This document shows, one piece after another, positions 1 through 10,092 of a stretch of 64,000 bases of DNA. Positions within the stretch are counted from its first letter, which is position 1. Each line of letters opens with the position of its first letter. The notes below the pieces were generated by a model that was not told the DNA's origin, ran no database searches, and saw nothing but the letters and a program-made list of their open reading frames with translations. The DNA is from Candidatus Velthaea sp. (GTDB taxonomy: Bacteria > Vulcanimicrobiota > Vulcanimicrobiia > Vulcanimicrobiales > Vulcanimicrobiaceae), in the NCBI GenBank assembly GCA_050012475.1, contig JBEKHC010000009.1:12960-76959 (forward strand), given 5' to 3'. Made by a program: the position numbers and the translations under genes.

Positions 1-359
1 TATTCGGGCCGGGCGTACACCGCGCGCACGAAGCCGTCGAAGTCGCGGAAGTTGCGTAAGGCTTGAATTCCGCCCGACGTCGCGCAGGCGCCGATGGTGA
101 TGAGCGCGGCCGAACTGGCGCGAACCTTCTTGAGCCGTTCGATATCATGCGCGTTGGCGATCGAGCCTTCGACGAGCGAAACGTCGTAGGGTCCATTCGA
201 TTGCGCGCGCGTGGCTTCAAGGAAATAGGCGATCTCGAACGCGCCGGCAACGGCTAAGAGTTCGTCTTCACAGTCGAGCAGGCTGAGCTGGCAGCCGTCG
301 CACGAGGAGAATTTCCACACGGCCAGTTTGGGCCGCGTTCGGGCTTTCTTTAGGCGCAT
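1..359 (-). CDS. Group 3b NiFe-hydrogenase small (delta) subunit, 5' part; runs off the window
   Basis: Not in the ORF track. Manual translation from ATG 359 gives [35 protein letters not shown]...FVEGSI...[15 protein letters not shown], with the CxxC, EGS and GACA motifs of hydrogenase small subunits. Confidence 0.93.
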   Translation of the reverse strand, partial: MRLKKARTRPKLAVWKFSSCDGCQLSLLDCEDELLAVAGAFEIAYFLEATRAQSNGPYDVSLVEGSIANAHDIERLKKVRASSAALITIGACATSGGIQALRNFRDFDGFVRAVYARPE

Positions 360-360
360 G

Positions 361-1260
361 TCACAACTCCCGGATCGCGTAGATCTTCTCGATCGTGTCA
401 AACCGGTAGACGGGGCCTTCCTTGCACATGAAGGTCGGGCCGAATTGGCAGTGACCGCAGAACCCGATCCCGCATTTCATGTTGCGCTCGAGCGTCACGA
501 AAATACGATCGGTGGTCACGCCGCGATCTTGCAAGACCTGCACGGCGGGCCGTGTCAGCGCCTCGGAACGGCACACGAACGCGACGGCATTTTCGCCGTC
601 GAAGCGCGAAACCTTGATCGCCGCGGCGACGCTTCCGACCCGCCCGCGGTAGCCGCTGTGGGCCGTGTGCACCGTAACGTGCACTTCGAGATCGAACCGG
701 CCGCGCCACATGTGCAGATCGCGTTCGAAGAGGATGTCGTCGGTGCCGCGCGAGCCATAGTTGATGATGACTTTGCCGTATTTTTCGCGCCGGTTCAACA
801 CTTCGTAAATGAGCGGCCGCAGCGGGGCCAGCCCGATCGTGCTGGTAATGAACACGACGTCTTTGCCGTATCCGGCCTCGACCGGCCAGGCCGATCCAAA
901 CGGCCCGCGCACCCCGATCATGGCCCCGGCGCGCAGTGCGGCCATCGCCTTGGTCACGGTGCCGACTTCGCGAATCGTATGCACGAGCGTCGTATGCTCG
1001 CGGCAGTCGCCGCTCACGCTGACCGCCACTTCACCGACGCCGGGCGCATACAGCATATTGAATTGGCCGGGCAGGAAGTTGAACGGTGCGCCGTCGAGCG
1101 GCTTGAGGTTCCAGCTGAAGCACCCCGCGACTTCGCTGCGGACGCGTTCGATACGGAAGGGACGGGGAATCATCGGGTCGAGGTCCGGAGCGGCCCGGCG
1201 CACCGCCGGCGTGGGCGTTACGGGCTCCGCGATGGGAGTTACGATGGTTCGGTTACGCAT
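361..1260 (-). CDS. Group 3b hydrogenase gamma subunit (FAD/NAD(P)-binding, 2Fe-2S)
   Basis: PGQFNML, GVRGPFG and C-terminal [27 protein letters not shown] motifs; operon context. Confidence 0.92.
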   Translation of the reverse strand: MRNRTIVTPIAEPVTPTPAVRRAAPDLDPMIPRPFRIERVRSEVAGCFSWNLKPLDGAPFNFLPGQFNMLYAPGVGEVAVSVSGDCREHTTLVHTIREVGTVTKAMAALRAGAMIGVRGPFGSAWPVEAGYGKDVVFITSTIGLAPLRPLIYEVLNRREKYGKVIINYGSRGTDDILFERDLHMWRGRFDLEVHVTVHTAHSGYRGRVGSVAAAIKVSRFDGENAVAFVCRSEALTRPAVQVLQDRGVTTDRIFVTLERNMKCGIGFCGHCQFGPTFMCKEGPVYRFDTIEKIYAIREL

Positions 1261-1706
1261 TCGACCAGCCGTTCTCGGGCGCTCGAAAGCCGGCGGGCCA
1301 TCACCGGAATGAAACGTTTCATAACTTCATAACCTAAAATCGGATCGCTGGCGAAGCGCTCGCGCAATGCAGCGGCGTCGATGTCGATCAGCGACGACGG
1401 CTCGACGGCGCGCGCATCGAATCCCCAGCGGTACGGCGCGACGAGCCATGACCAGCCGACGACGTCACCGTCGTAAACCTGCTCGACGACGATCGGGTCG
1501 CGTCCGGGCGCGTAGAGTTCGACGGCGACGAGCCCGCTCTTTACCAAATAAAAATGGTCGGCGCGATCGCCCTGCCGGAACAGCAGTTCGTCGATGCCGG
1601 CTTTGCGTTCAGCCGTGAGTTCGCCGATCGTCGCGGCGACGTTCTCGGGGACGCTCGCGAAAAAACCTTGCTCGACTAAGAGACTGGCCATGCTCGACGT
1701 GCTCAT
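1239..1706 (-). CDS. Cyclic-nucleotide-binding (Crp-like) domain protein within the hydrogenase operon
   Basis: [17 protein letters not shown]...GDVVGWSWL motif. ATG 1706 overlaps the upstream stop (ATGA). No DNA-binding HTH is evident. Confidence 0.88.
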   Translation of the reverse strand: MSTSSMASLLVEQGFFASVPENVAATIGELTAERKAGIDELLFRQGDRADHFYLVKSGLVAVELYAPGRDPIVVEQVYDGDVVGWSWLVAPYRWGFDARAVEPSSLIDIDAAALRERFASDPILGYEVMKRFIPVMARRLSSARERLVECVTEPS

Positions 1707-2863
1707 GTCTTCTCCCCAGATCCCGATCCGGCCGGCGCGGCGGCTCCGGCGGCGATTGCCGCGACCTCCTCCGTGATGTCGATGCCCACCGGGCACCAGC
1801 TGATGCAGCGTCCGCATCCGACACAGCCGCTGCTGTCGAATTGATCGTGCCAGTGTGCGAGCTTGTGTGTGAGCCACTGGCGGTAGCGCGAAGCGCCATC
1901 GCGGCGAACGCTGCCGCCGTGAATATAGCTGAATTCGAGCGTAAAACAGCTGTCCCAGCGCCGCTCGCGCCCGATGTGGTCGCCCGTAAGGTCGGTGACG
2001 TCCTCGACCGTGCTGCAGAAGCACGTGGGACAAACCAGCGTGCAGTTGGTGCAGGCCAAGCAGCGCTTGGCCACGTCGGCCCACCGCGGATGCTCGAGAT
2101 TCGCCTTGAGGACGTGCTCGGCGTCGGGGTGCATCTCGCGGACTTGGCTGGTTGCCGCTTTTTCGACCGCGGCATCGGCCGCCACGAGGTCAGCCGGCTC
2201 GGCTTGCCGCTGCGCGACGCGCGCGAGCAACGCAGCGCCACGCTTGCTGCCGATTTCGACCACGAATTCGTGCCGGTCGTGGGTGCACAACTCGGTGAGC
2301 GCCAAATCATAGCCGGCTCGCGCCTTGGGTCCGGTCTTCATCGAGACGCAAAAGCACGTTCCCGTCGAGCGTCCGCAATTGACCGCGATGATGAAAAGTG
2401 CGGCGCGGCGCGCCGCGTATCCGGCGTCGACGAAGGGGCCTTCGAGAAAGACGCGATCCTGGATCGCGATAGCCGCCAGTTCGCATGCGCGCACACCCAA
2501 AAGCGCGGTGGGGGGCGCCTCGATCGGCGCCGGTTCGATCGAAAACTGCGAACCTTGCCGTTCGCCTTGCCACAGCTTCTGGCGCGGGGGGAAGAGGATG
2601 CGTTTCCAGCCCTGCGGCCCCACCGTGTGCGAGAAGACCGATTGATCCGGTCCACGGACCAGCCGGTAGCGCCCCGGCTCTTGTTCATCGAGCCATCCCG
2701 CGGGGAGGGCGTCGCCGCTTTCGAGCGTTTCGTAGACGATCGCGCCGTCGACAGCCTGGGGGCCGACTACGCGGTAACCCTCGGCCCGCAATACTTCGAT
2801 GAGCGTATCCAAACCGGCCCGCTCGATGACCACGGATTGCTCGCCGATGTCCGCCTCGTGCAT
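1703..2863 (-). CDS. Group 3b hydrogenase beta subunit (4Fe-4S dicluster)
   Basis: [16 protein letters not shown] and [16 protein letters not shown] ferredoxin motifs, [10 protein letters not shown]. Start could be 2863, 2866 or 2872. Confidence 0.93.
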   Translation of the reverse strand: MHEADIGEQSVVIERAGLDTLIEVLRAEGYRVVGPQAVDGAIVYETLESGDALPAGWLDEQEPGRYRLVRGPDQSVFSHTVGPQGWKRILFPPRQKLWQGERQGSQFSIEPAPIEAPPTALLGVRACELAAIAIQDRVFLEGPFVDAGYAARRAALFIIAVNCGRSTGTCFCVSMKTGPKARAGYDLALTELCTHDRHEFVVEIGSKRGAALLARVAQRQAEPADLVAADAAVEKAATSQVREMHPDAEHVLKANLEHPRWADVAKRCLACTNCTLVCPTCFCSTVEDVTDLTGDHIGRERRWDSCFTLEFSYIHGGSVRRDGASRYRQWLTHKLAHWHDQFDSSGCVGCGRCISWCPVGIDITEEVAAIAAGAAAPAGSGSGEKT

Positions 2864-3052
2864 CACTCTCACTTATACGCCTTTCGAGGTTCAGCGTCAG
2901 CTACATACGACGGGTTTTCCTCTTCGCACAGCGGTTCCCGGATCGAGCGTCCGCGCGCACGGAGGCCCGCGCGGCATCGCGCTCTCTGCCGCTGCCCAAC
3001 GCTACGGAAGCTGCGGCCGCGGCGCGGTCCGCTTCGGCGACCGAGACAATTG

Positions 3053-3080
3053 TAAAGTCAGGCCGGCTGCGGGCCGATAC
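3053..3080 (+). promoter_or_regulatory. Sigma28 (FliA/SigD)-type promoter
   Basis: TAAA-N16-GCCGATAC, 8 nt upstream of ATG 3089; close to the TAAA-N15/16-GCCGATAA/T consensus. Confidence 0.7.
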
Positions 3081-3088
3081 AGAAAAGT

Positions 3089-3460
3089 ATGGCGATCAAC
3101 GTGGCTGGAACCAACGCACTGGGCGACTACCTCGTAAGCCAAATCGCCAACACGCGGACACTCATCGATGGCGCCACGGCCGACACGAGTTCGTCGCCGT
3201 TCGGGGCTGCGCTGGCCGCCGAGACCGCGACGCCGCAGCAACCGTTGAGTACGACGGCTCTGCAGGCACAAGTGAGCGCCGACAATCTCGCCAACACGCA
3301 GATGCTCGTGGGCCAAAGCGGCACTTCCGACGCCGAAACGCTGGCGACAATTCCGGGTGAGAGTTCGCTTGAGGCTGCGCAGCTGGCCTCGCAGTTTTCG
3401 ACGGCCACGACCTTATTGGGCTCGAACGCGATCGGTACGAATACAAATACGACCGCTTAG
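3089..3460 (+). CDS. Hypothetical Ala/Thr/Gln-rich protein, probably in the flagellar regulon
   Basis: Protein-like composition, sigma28 promoter directly upstream, C-terminus LGSNAIGTNTNTTA. Confidence 0.7.
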   Translation: MAINVAGTNALGDYLVSQIANTRTLIDGATADTSSSPFGAALAAETATPQQPLSTTALQAQVSADNLANTQMLVGQSGTSDAETLATIPGESSLEAAQLASQFSTATTLLGSNAIGTNTNTTA

Positions 3461-3548
3461 TAGCGGTCGTACTTGTATTCGCGAGCTTGACTAGGAACGT
3501 CGAGGGCATTTCTCTACTCGCGCCCGTCGATCGTACTATCGGTACGAC

Positions 3549-3785
3549 TTAGATTCCGCCGCCAAGTAAAGGCTCGACCTCGGCCCACGTTACGGGGCTG
3601 GACCAGGCTTCCGTCGCTTGATTGGAACTCGACGAACTCGTTGCCATACCGGCGTTCGTGCTCGTAGGCGAGGTCGAAGGCGATGTCGCCGTTTGCGCCG
3701 ACGCGGCTACTCCTACGGAGAGCAGTCCGGAGGCCAGCGCGCCTGCGATGACCAACTTTTGGACCGTTCTCATACTGCTGCTCAT
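3549..3785 (-). CDS. Small secreted Ser/Thr-rich hypothetical protein
   Basis: Signal peptide (KLVIAGALASGLLSVGVAASA); GGGAG upstream of the start. Confidence 0.7.
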   Translation of the reverse strand: MSSSMRTVQKLVIAGALASGLLSVGVAASAQTATSPSTSPTSTNAGMATSSSSSNQATEAWSSPVTWAEVEPLLGGGI

Positions 3786-4028
3786 GTTTTTCTGTGATCT
3801 CCCTGTGTTTTGTTTCGTCCGATGCGAAAAGGACCTTACGCAGCCGGATTCGGCTCGGCGTTCGCGCTAACAGCGAGTGGGACTCGGCGCGCGTTGTGAT
3901 CCCGCATCACGCCGTGAAATGTACCCATTTTTCACAACGCAATGAAGCCAACGTGGACTAGACTACAAGCCTGTAGTTGGCCGTATAGCCGTATATCTGA
4001 TGATCGGCACGCTCATCGGCTCCGGCAA

Positions 4029-4271
4029 TCAGCGACGCTCCGCTTGCTGCTCCGCAAAATCATCCCACCATTGTTCGAGCGCCGCCTCACGATGCGTTTC
4101 AACACAGCGCATACGTTCAGCCCAGCTCATCACGCGGCGGCACGGAACGACGACGATCTTAGGCCGCGTCCAGCGCGGGATGTCGAGTGCGTGGGACGCT
4201 TCGGAGACCGGCGGTCGCCAGCCGAACAAAGCGATCAGACAGAAAACAATCGCGCAAACGAAAATCTTCAT
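4029..4271 (-). CDS. Small exported or membrane hypothetical protein
   Basis: GAAAGGG RBS before ATG and a hydrophobic N-terminus. Confidence 0.5.
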   Translation of the reverse strand: MKIFVCAIVFCLIALFGWRPPVSEASHALDIPRWTRPKIVVVPCRRVMSWAERMRCVETHREAALEQWWDDFAEQQAERR

Positions 4272-4875
4272 GTCGCCCTTTCCCCGGTCGGATGAATGCT
4301 AGGACCCATTGTTTTGGGCCAGTACTCAACCGTCGCCTTTTTCGAAGCCCGAGTCGGCTCCCCGGCGTGCGAAGCCCTCAACGTGCAGGGGACGTACAGG
4401 CGCTCGTTTGACTTGCCGCCGCGCTGAGGTGGACCGCCCCGCCGTCGGGCTTTCGGCGTTCGACGCCTGCAAGGGGTCGATTGCATCGGGGTGCTGCCCG
4501 TAAACGGTCAGAGACGGTTCCCTTCATTATGCACGGTCAACGAATAGCGCGAAGTGCGGTCAGCGGCCCGTGATCCATCGTGCGAACCCGGGCGAATCGC
4601 CAGGTTTACCGTGCGATAGCGCGTCCATCTCCAAGGCGGTCTTCTGTCGATTTCAGAGGCAATCTTCTGCGGGGGATTGGCGTTCGAACGAAGCTGTTTG
4701 CATGGCATCAACCGGCATTTCCACTTTCCGTTTCCAACTGTCGCGATGCGTGTCACGAGTTGCGGGTTCGATAGTCCGATAATTGCTTGTCTTCACCGAA
4801 CCCAGGTACGCTCGACAACGACAGTCGGAACCTGTGCGACGAAGCGAGTGCGATCTTCAGGTGAGCCGCTTGCCT

Positions 4876-5202
4876 TTATTTGAGGTGCGGCATTCTGGCT
4901 TCGGCCTCGATCAGGCCGCTCTCGACGAGCACAATCTCGAATTCAGCGGCACCGATCCGGTACTTTCGCACTTCTTGGTAGGCTGGACTCTCATACCATC
5001 GCGTCGCGAGTTCCATTGAGGGAAACTCGACCAGGACAACGCCCTCTACTGCACCAGGCCCCTCGAGCGATCTTATCTGAGTATAGACCGCTAGCAGCTT
5101 AGCGTCGAAGCCCTGGAAGGTCGGTCTTTAATGTGCCCAATATTGTTCGAGCTTACGGCGATCGGAGACGCCGCGGCAGATCGATATTAGATAAGCAGAC
5201 AT
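4876..5202 (-). pseudogene. DUF1330-family protein with an in-frame stop
   Basis: MSAYLISICRGVSDRRKLEQYWAH*RPTFQGFDAKLL...LEG...VVLVEFPSMELATRWYESPAYQEVRKYR. GGAG RBS; TAA at 5130-5128 (codon 25). Confidence 0.85.
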
Positions 5203-5423
5203 AGATAGCTCCGTTCGTGACTAGCAAGGCACTGCATCTTCATCTCCGGCTCTAAACCGGCTCTGGTTTGCGGTCTTGCCGGCAGCGGAATCTACGGCTA
5301 ATGATTGGGGAATGTCTGCCAGACGAGCATCGGGCTCGACAGCGCCCAGAGCACTCCCTGTACCCGGCCCAATGTCGGATCTGACCGCGCTTGGCGCGAG
5401 TTGGTTTGTGCTTTTGGCTTACA

Positions 5424-6846
5424 CTACGCCGTCGCCCGCGCCGGCTTGATGAAAACCACGAATGCAAGCCCGCCCACAAACACGCAGGCGCAAATGCGAA
5501 ACAGATAGCTATACGCAATCGCGCTCGCAGATTGCATGAGCAGCCCGTTGATCTGTCCCATCGATGCGCCGGAGCTGCGGGTTACCCCGCCGGCGAGAGC
5601 CATCCAGGCGACGCTCGTTTCTCGTGCGAGCAGTGTGGTCAGCACCGCGATGCCGACGCTCGCGCCGAGCTGGCGCACGAGCATGGACACGCCGGTCGCG
5701 CTTGCGAGCTCGTTTTTTGGAATGGGAGCGAGCATCGTGGCCGTCACCGGCACGAAGGTCAGGCCCATGCCGAGTCCTTGGATCAGCCGCGGCCAGAAAA
5801 CATCGGTGAGGCCGGCGGACCCGTTGAGATCGCCGAACCACCAGCACGACCACGCTGAGAGCAGCAAGCCGGCGGCGGTGAGGATGCGGGCATCGACGAC
5901 GGGCATCAGCCGGCCGACGACGACCATCGCGACGGCCGTAGCAAGTGCTCCCGGTAAGAGCGCCACTCCGGTCCCGAAAGCCGTCATCCCCATCGATGTT
6001 TGGAAAAATAACGGCATGATGAGCGCCGTTCCATACAGGCCGAATCCGACGATGATCATCAGCAGATTCCCGAACACGAATGTCGGAAAGCGGAACGACC
6101 GTAAATCGACGAGCGGGTGCGCTGCGCGGAGCGTCCGGATCAGAAACCACGCCGTCGCGAGCACCGCGACGAAGCTCAGAACGACGATCGTCGAAGAATC
6201 CCACCAATCATCGTGCTGACCGCGTTCGAGCACATACTGCAGGGCAGCCAGGCCGGACGAAAGCAGTGCCAAGCCGAGCCAGTCGACGCCGCCCTTTGGT
6301 TTTTGCAGATAGTGCGGATCGGGAATGAACGCGATCGTCATGAAGAAAGCCGCAATGCCGATCGGCAGGTTGACGAAGAAGATCAGCGGCCACGTCGCGT
6401 TGTCGATGATGTAGCCGCCGAGCAGCGGTCCCAGAGCGGGTCCGACCATCGCGCCGACGCCGAAGATCGCGGTGGCCATACCGCGCTTCTCCGGAGGAAA
6501 CGTTTCGAAGAGGATGGCTTGCGCGGTCGGCTGCAGCGCCCCTCCGCCGAATCCTTGGATGATGCGATACAACGTCAATTGCCAGACATTGGCGGCCGTG
6601 CCGCACAGCAGCGACGCAAGCGTGAACAGCGCGCGGCATCGTGATGACGCTCGCGAGCAGATAGCCGGTCACGATCCACGCCGCATCGTCGATCGAGGCT
6701 CCCAAATTTCCGGCGATCGTATTCAATCCCACGTTGACGATCGTGCCGTCGACGATCGCCATGATCATGCCGAGCATGACCGTCAGCGAGATCAAGAGCG
6801 GCGAGGTCGCCGGTCGTGCCGGCGCAAGAACAGATGCCGCGTTCAT
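5424..6846 (-). pseudogene. DHA2 (EmrB/QacA) MFS efflux transporter with an internal deletion and frameshift
   Basis: N-terminus (DGTIVNV...WIVTGYLLASVITMP) is in one frame and the remainder (ALFTLASLLCG...RIIQGFGGG) in another. Junction at about 6633; the MFS motif-A loop segment is missing. Confidence 0.88.
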
Positions 6847-7238
6847 CGCTCTGGTTGGTACACCGCCGGCGCATCGATCTGCGCCTCGAGGTGATCGGCG
6901 AGCCGTTCGCTGCCCGACGCTGCTATCGCGTACACGCGCCTGCCTTCGACCTCGCGGCCGGTGATGAAGTCGCCGTCTTCCAACATTCGCAGCGTCGGCT
7001 CGATCGATTCGGCCCGTGGGCGATAGCCGCATTGGCGTTCGACGGCGAACGCGATACCGAGGCTGTCCCGCGGGCCGTCCCACAGGATGCGCAGGACATC
7101 ATACTCGATTTCTTCGCACGCTGGTTGCCGCGCCGGCCAATCTGCCGAGGGCTGCCGAAACGCGGCTCGGATGCGCGAAAGACGGCCTTCGCGATGCCAA
7201 AAAAGCATGGGCGGCTTCTCCTCGCTCGTGTGCCTCAC
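6843..7238 (-). CDS. PadR-family transcriptional regulator
   Basis: GYRPRAESIEPTLRMLEDGDFI...GRRVYAI winged helix; stop overlaps the MFS ATG. Confidence 0.8.
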   Translation of the reverse strand: MRHTSEEKPPMLFWHREGRLSRIRAAFRQPSADWPARQPACEEIEYDVLRILWDGPRDSLGIAFAVERQCGYRPRAESIEPTLRMLEDGDFITGREVEGRRVYAIAASGSERLADHLEAQIDAPAVYQPER

Positions 7239-7286
7239 TCGTAAAGAGAGCCGCGAGCGGCCAGGTGATCACGAGAACTCGAGACG

Positions 7287-7315
7287 ATATTATTCGATAT
7301 ATCGAGATATGTCAA
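7287..7315 (-). promoter_or_regulatory. Sigma70 promoter with a palindromic operator in the spacer
   Basis: TTGACA-17-TAATAT on the minus strand, with the perfect palindrome TCGATATATCGA at 7294-7305. Confidence 0.8.
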
Positions 7316-7795
7316 CTTCGCAATGGTCGTGTCGTTCTCCATGAGGGCGCGGTCGCCGGTTCGGCATCAAAGCGAGGTGACGGCTGCTTGTTTGCGCCAT
7401 GAGAATCTTGTGAACCTCGGCACGCACCGTCGCCGCACCAACCGTAGGAGCGCTGTTCGGAAGCCCCGGTTCGCTGGGCAGCCGAATGCAGCGATCGCTA
7501 ACGGTCGCCCAGTCCGCTGCCCGACGTCGCGTGCTCTGTCCATTGCTAGGCTGTATTGCACGATCGGTGAATGCGGTCAAAAGCGAGGCACGATGATGCT
7601 AATGTCGAGAAATCGAATCCAGCATACCGATGCAGTATACCGATCCTGTATGGCACCCTGCGATACATCATCCAAGTCGGGGGCAGCGCGCATTGCGTAA
7701 GTACTTGGATTTCGCAACGTTAAGTTTATTGGAGAACGTCGAGCGTTCCGCTCGCGGCCGGCGAGTCTGCCAACAAGATGCCGCGTATTTTGCCC

Positions 7796-8143
7796 TTATC
7801 GACCGAGCATTTCGACGATGCGCGCCCGAATCTCATCGAGATGCCCGGACGAAATGTGGTAGTCGGTTTGTTTCACGATGCGCGCTTTCGAGGCAGTCGT
7901 AACGTTGTGCGCGATCGCCCAGTTTGTGCGGTCGAATCCATTTCGTTCGTCGGGTGCGATCTGCACGCAGAGATCGCGCACTTCAAATGTTAAGGTAGTC
8001 GTACAAGGAACAACAACGACGTTTGGATATTCCTCCGCAAACAGGCCTGAATCTTCGACTACAATAGCGGGTCGCAATTTATTTGCTTCCTTTGGGGCGG
8101 CATCTCGGCGGAAATCGACCCAAAGAATTCGGCCGGCGGTCAA
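7796..8143 (-). CDS. PemK/MazF-family toxin
   Basis: GRILWVDF...KEANKLRPAIVV...VVVVPCTT. TTG 8143 overlaps the antitoxin stop (TTGA). Confidence 0.88.
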   Translation of the reverse strand: MTAGRILWVDFRRDAAPKEANKLRPAIVVEDSGLFAEEYPNVVVVPCTTTLTFEVRDLCVQIAPDERNGFDRTNWAIAHNVTTASKARIVKQTDYHISSGHLDEIRARIVEMLGR

Positions 8144-8427
8144 GGCCGGCTTCCGCCTACGGTTCCTTCGTATGGTGCAATTCCCGCCCAAACGTCGGGA
8201 TCTAAGCCGTCGCTTGGCTCGATATCCGTGCCCGCGGGGCTGGCCGCATGATACCGCTCCGCTGCGTCTCTGCTCTGACGCAGAATCCGCTCCCGGCGGA
8301 GCTCACGCAGCCGTTCGTCAAGAAGATCGCGAGCAAGCGTCGAGGGGCCCACGCCCCGCGCCGCCGCCTCCGCATCAAACAGTCGACGTTGCTCGCGGTC
8401 TAGTCGAATCGTCACGGTATCAGCCAC
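8140..8427 (-). CDS. Ribbon-helix-helix (CopG-like) antitoxin
   Basis: TVTIRLD...LFDAEAAARGVGPSTLARDLL; lies directly upstream of the toxin. Confidence 0.8.
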   Translation of the reverse strand: MADTVTIRLDREQRRLFDAEAAARGVGPSTLARDLLDERLRELRRERILRQSRDAAERYHAASPAGTDIEPSDGLDPDVWAGIAPYEGTVGGSRP

Positions 8428-8433
8428 GACTCA

Positions 8434-8455
8434 ATAGTAGCACACAGCTATGTGC
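8434..8455 (-). promoter_or_regulatory. Extended -10 promoter and inverted-repeat operator of the TA operon
   Basis: TGcTACTAT lies 6 nt before GTG 8427; GCACA-N6-TGTGC inverted repeat at 8440-8455. Confidence 0.6.
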
Positions 8456-8570
8456 GACACAAATGTAATCGACAAAGGTAAGCCAATAGGTCCCACCCGC
8501 ACGGAGGTGGACTTCGGCAGCCGACCCCCCAGGGGGGCGCTCGCGGTAGAGTCGTGAGAGCCTACTTCCT

Positions 8571-8604
8571 CTTGTAGCCGGAAAGTGGAATTTCCGGCGA
8601 TAAA
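8571..8604. other. Putative lox-like recombination site (13-8-13 geometry)
   Basis: CTTGTAGCCGGAA-AGTGGAAT-TTCCGGCGATAAA; 10 of 13 arm positions pair; 36 nt upstream of the recombinase ORF. Confidence 0.6.
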
Positions 8605-8640
8605 GGGCGAGCGGAAGATGCGGGCGAAAAAAGGGCTTTC

Positions 8641-9840
8641 ATGGGAATCGATCCTCCGGTTAGCGGATTTTATGAAGGCCCGTCCCCGGACGTTGGCTCG
8701 TCCGATGCACCGGGTAGCTCGCCGGCCGTCGCGGGCTCGGATTCGATCGCGCGGTCCGATGTTGCTGCTCTTGCCGACGTCGCTGCGTTGGGCATCGGGC
8801 ACCGTCTGTTCTCGCCCTGGCCACGCGACGGCAGGCCCGCCGCGGGCGCCGACCGCATCGCCGCAGCGATCGCGACGTCCCGCAAACTCATCCAAGCCGA
8901 CCGCGCTGCGCTGACGCTTGACAAATACGCCCGCGATTTCGCCTTGTTCGGCTATTGGGTCATCGCGAACCGTCCGACAAATGCGATCGTCCCGACGCAC
9001 CCCGCCGTGCTCGGCATCTACATCGGCGACCTTCTCAACCAGGGTTTGTCAAAAGGCCGCGTCCTCAGCCGCATCGCCGCGGTCCAGTTCGCGAACGAGG
9101 CTCTGGGTCATAAATTGCGGATCGACGAAGGCCCGATCCATCGCCAGATCCGCGGGTTGCGCCGGCTAACGGAGGTCGACCGCCAAGAACGCACGGCCCT
9201 ACGGCAGGAAGAGGCGACATCGATCCTCGAGGAGCTCGGCCCGCCCAAAACGCTGTTCGACTATCGGGAACATGCGCTGCTTGCGCTCGGCTGGACTTCC
9301 GCGCTGCGCCGCTCGAACATCGCGCGCCTGCGAGTTCACGATGTCAAAATTAAATACGACGCCGTCAACAGCAATCGTTACCTCGAAGTCTACGTCGCGA
9401 CGAGCAAAACCGATCAAGAAGGGAGAGGTCGCTTTCTCCAAATTACCGAGATGCCCGGAAACCACCCACTCTGCGCGGTACGCGCAATCGAAGCCTGGAT
9501 CACCCGAGCGGGCATTGCCGGCGAACCAAACAGCCCACTCTTCCGCTCGTTTACACCACGAGGCTTCAAGATCAAAGCCAGCGGCATCGGCGGCCGCGAT
9601 CTGAGCCTTGCCCTCAAGCGAATGGCGAAAGCAACCGGTCGCGACGAAACGAAACTTGCCGCACACGCCCTTCGCCGCGGCTTCGCCACATCCGCCGACG
9701 AAAAAGGGCTCCGCCGCTCCGTCATTCGCGAACACGGCGGCTGGAAGTCCGACGCGATGATCGATCGCTACACCCGTGTCAATGCGGCTCGCGACAACGC
9801 CATTGCCGAAATCTTTGGTCGAAAAAACGGCGGCAAATAG
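8641..9840 (+). CDS. Cre-like tyrosine site-specific recombinase
   Basis: Catalytic motifs LRRSNI, SKTDQ, HALRRG, GGWKS and RY are all intact. Start codon uncertain. Confidence 0.93.
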   Translation: MGIDPPVSGFYEGPSPDVGSSDAPGSSPAVAGSDSIARSDVAALADVAALGIGHRLFSPWPRDGRPAAGADRIAAAIATSRKLIQADRAALTLDKYARDFALFGYWVIANRPTNAIVPTHPAVLGIYIGDLLNQGLSKGRVLSRIAAVQFANEALGHKLRIDEGPIHRQIRGLRRLTEVDRQERTALRQEEATSILEELGPPKTLFDYREHALLALGWTSALRRSNIARLRVHDVKIKYDAVNSNRYLEVYVATSKTDQEGRGRFLQITEMPGNHPLCAVRAIEAWITRAGIAGEPNSPLFRSFTPRGFKIKASGIGGRDLSLALKRMAKATGRDETKLAAHALRRGFATSADEKGLRRSVIREHGGWKSDAMIDRYTRVNAARDNAIAEIFGRKNGGK

Positions 9841-10092
9841 GTCGTATTGCTGTCTTCTGCAAGAAGCTCGTGACGGATGCGTGGCCGCAATCGAAAGCCG
9901 CTCGATCGTGGCGTCGACCGAGGGCCCGAGTCTTCCATCGATGAACGATTTATTCAACGATTCGGCAGCGTCCGCCGTCCTCGAGCAGGTTGCGCAATGT
10001 CCTGCTTGGTCGCGCCGGGGGCCCCGCATCGCCGCGCAAAAACGTGCGCGCGTCGTGTCGTCGCGGTTGAACACGTAGCCGTGAATCCGACG

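Noticed and set aside
4876..5202. Stop-codon recoding as an explanation for in-frame stops here and at 56846-57358
   Set aside because: TAA, TAG and TGA all act as normal stops in intact genes in this window; pseudogenisation is simpler.
6705..6717. 13-nt match (AATTTCCGGCGAT) to the right half of the lox-like site
   Set aside because: It lies inside MFS coding sequence (IAGN) and has no partner arm at the right spacing; treated as chance.
7290..7317. Possible dif/XerCD site (ATATGTCAACT resembles a XerD arm)
   Set aside because: There is no convincing XerC arm, and the bases are fully explained by the TTGACA-17-TAATAT promoter and operator of the PadR gene.
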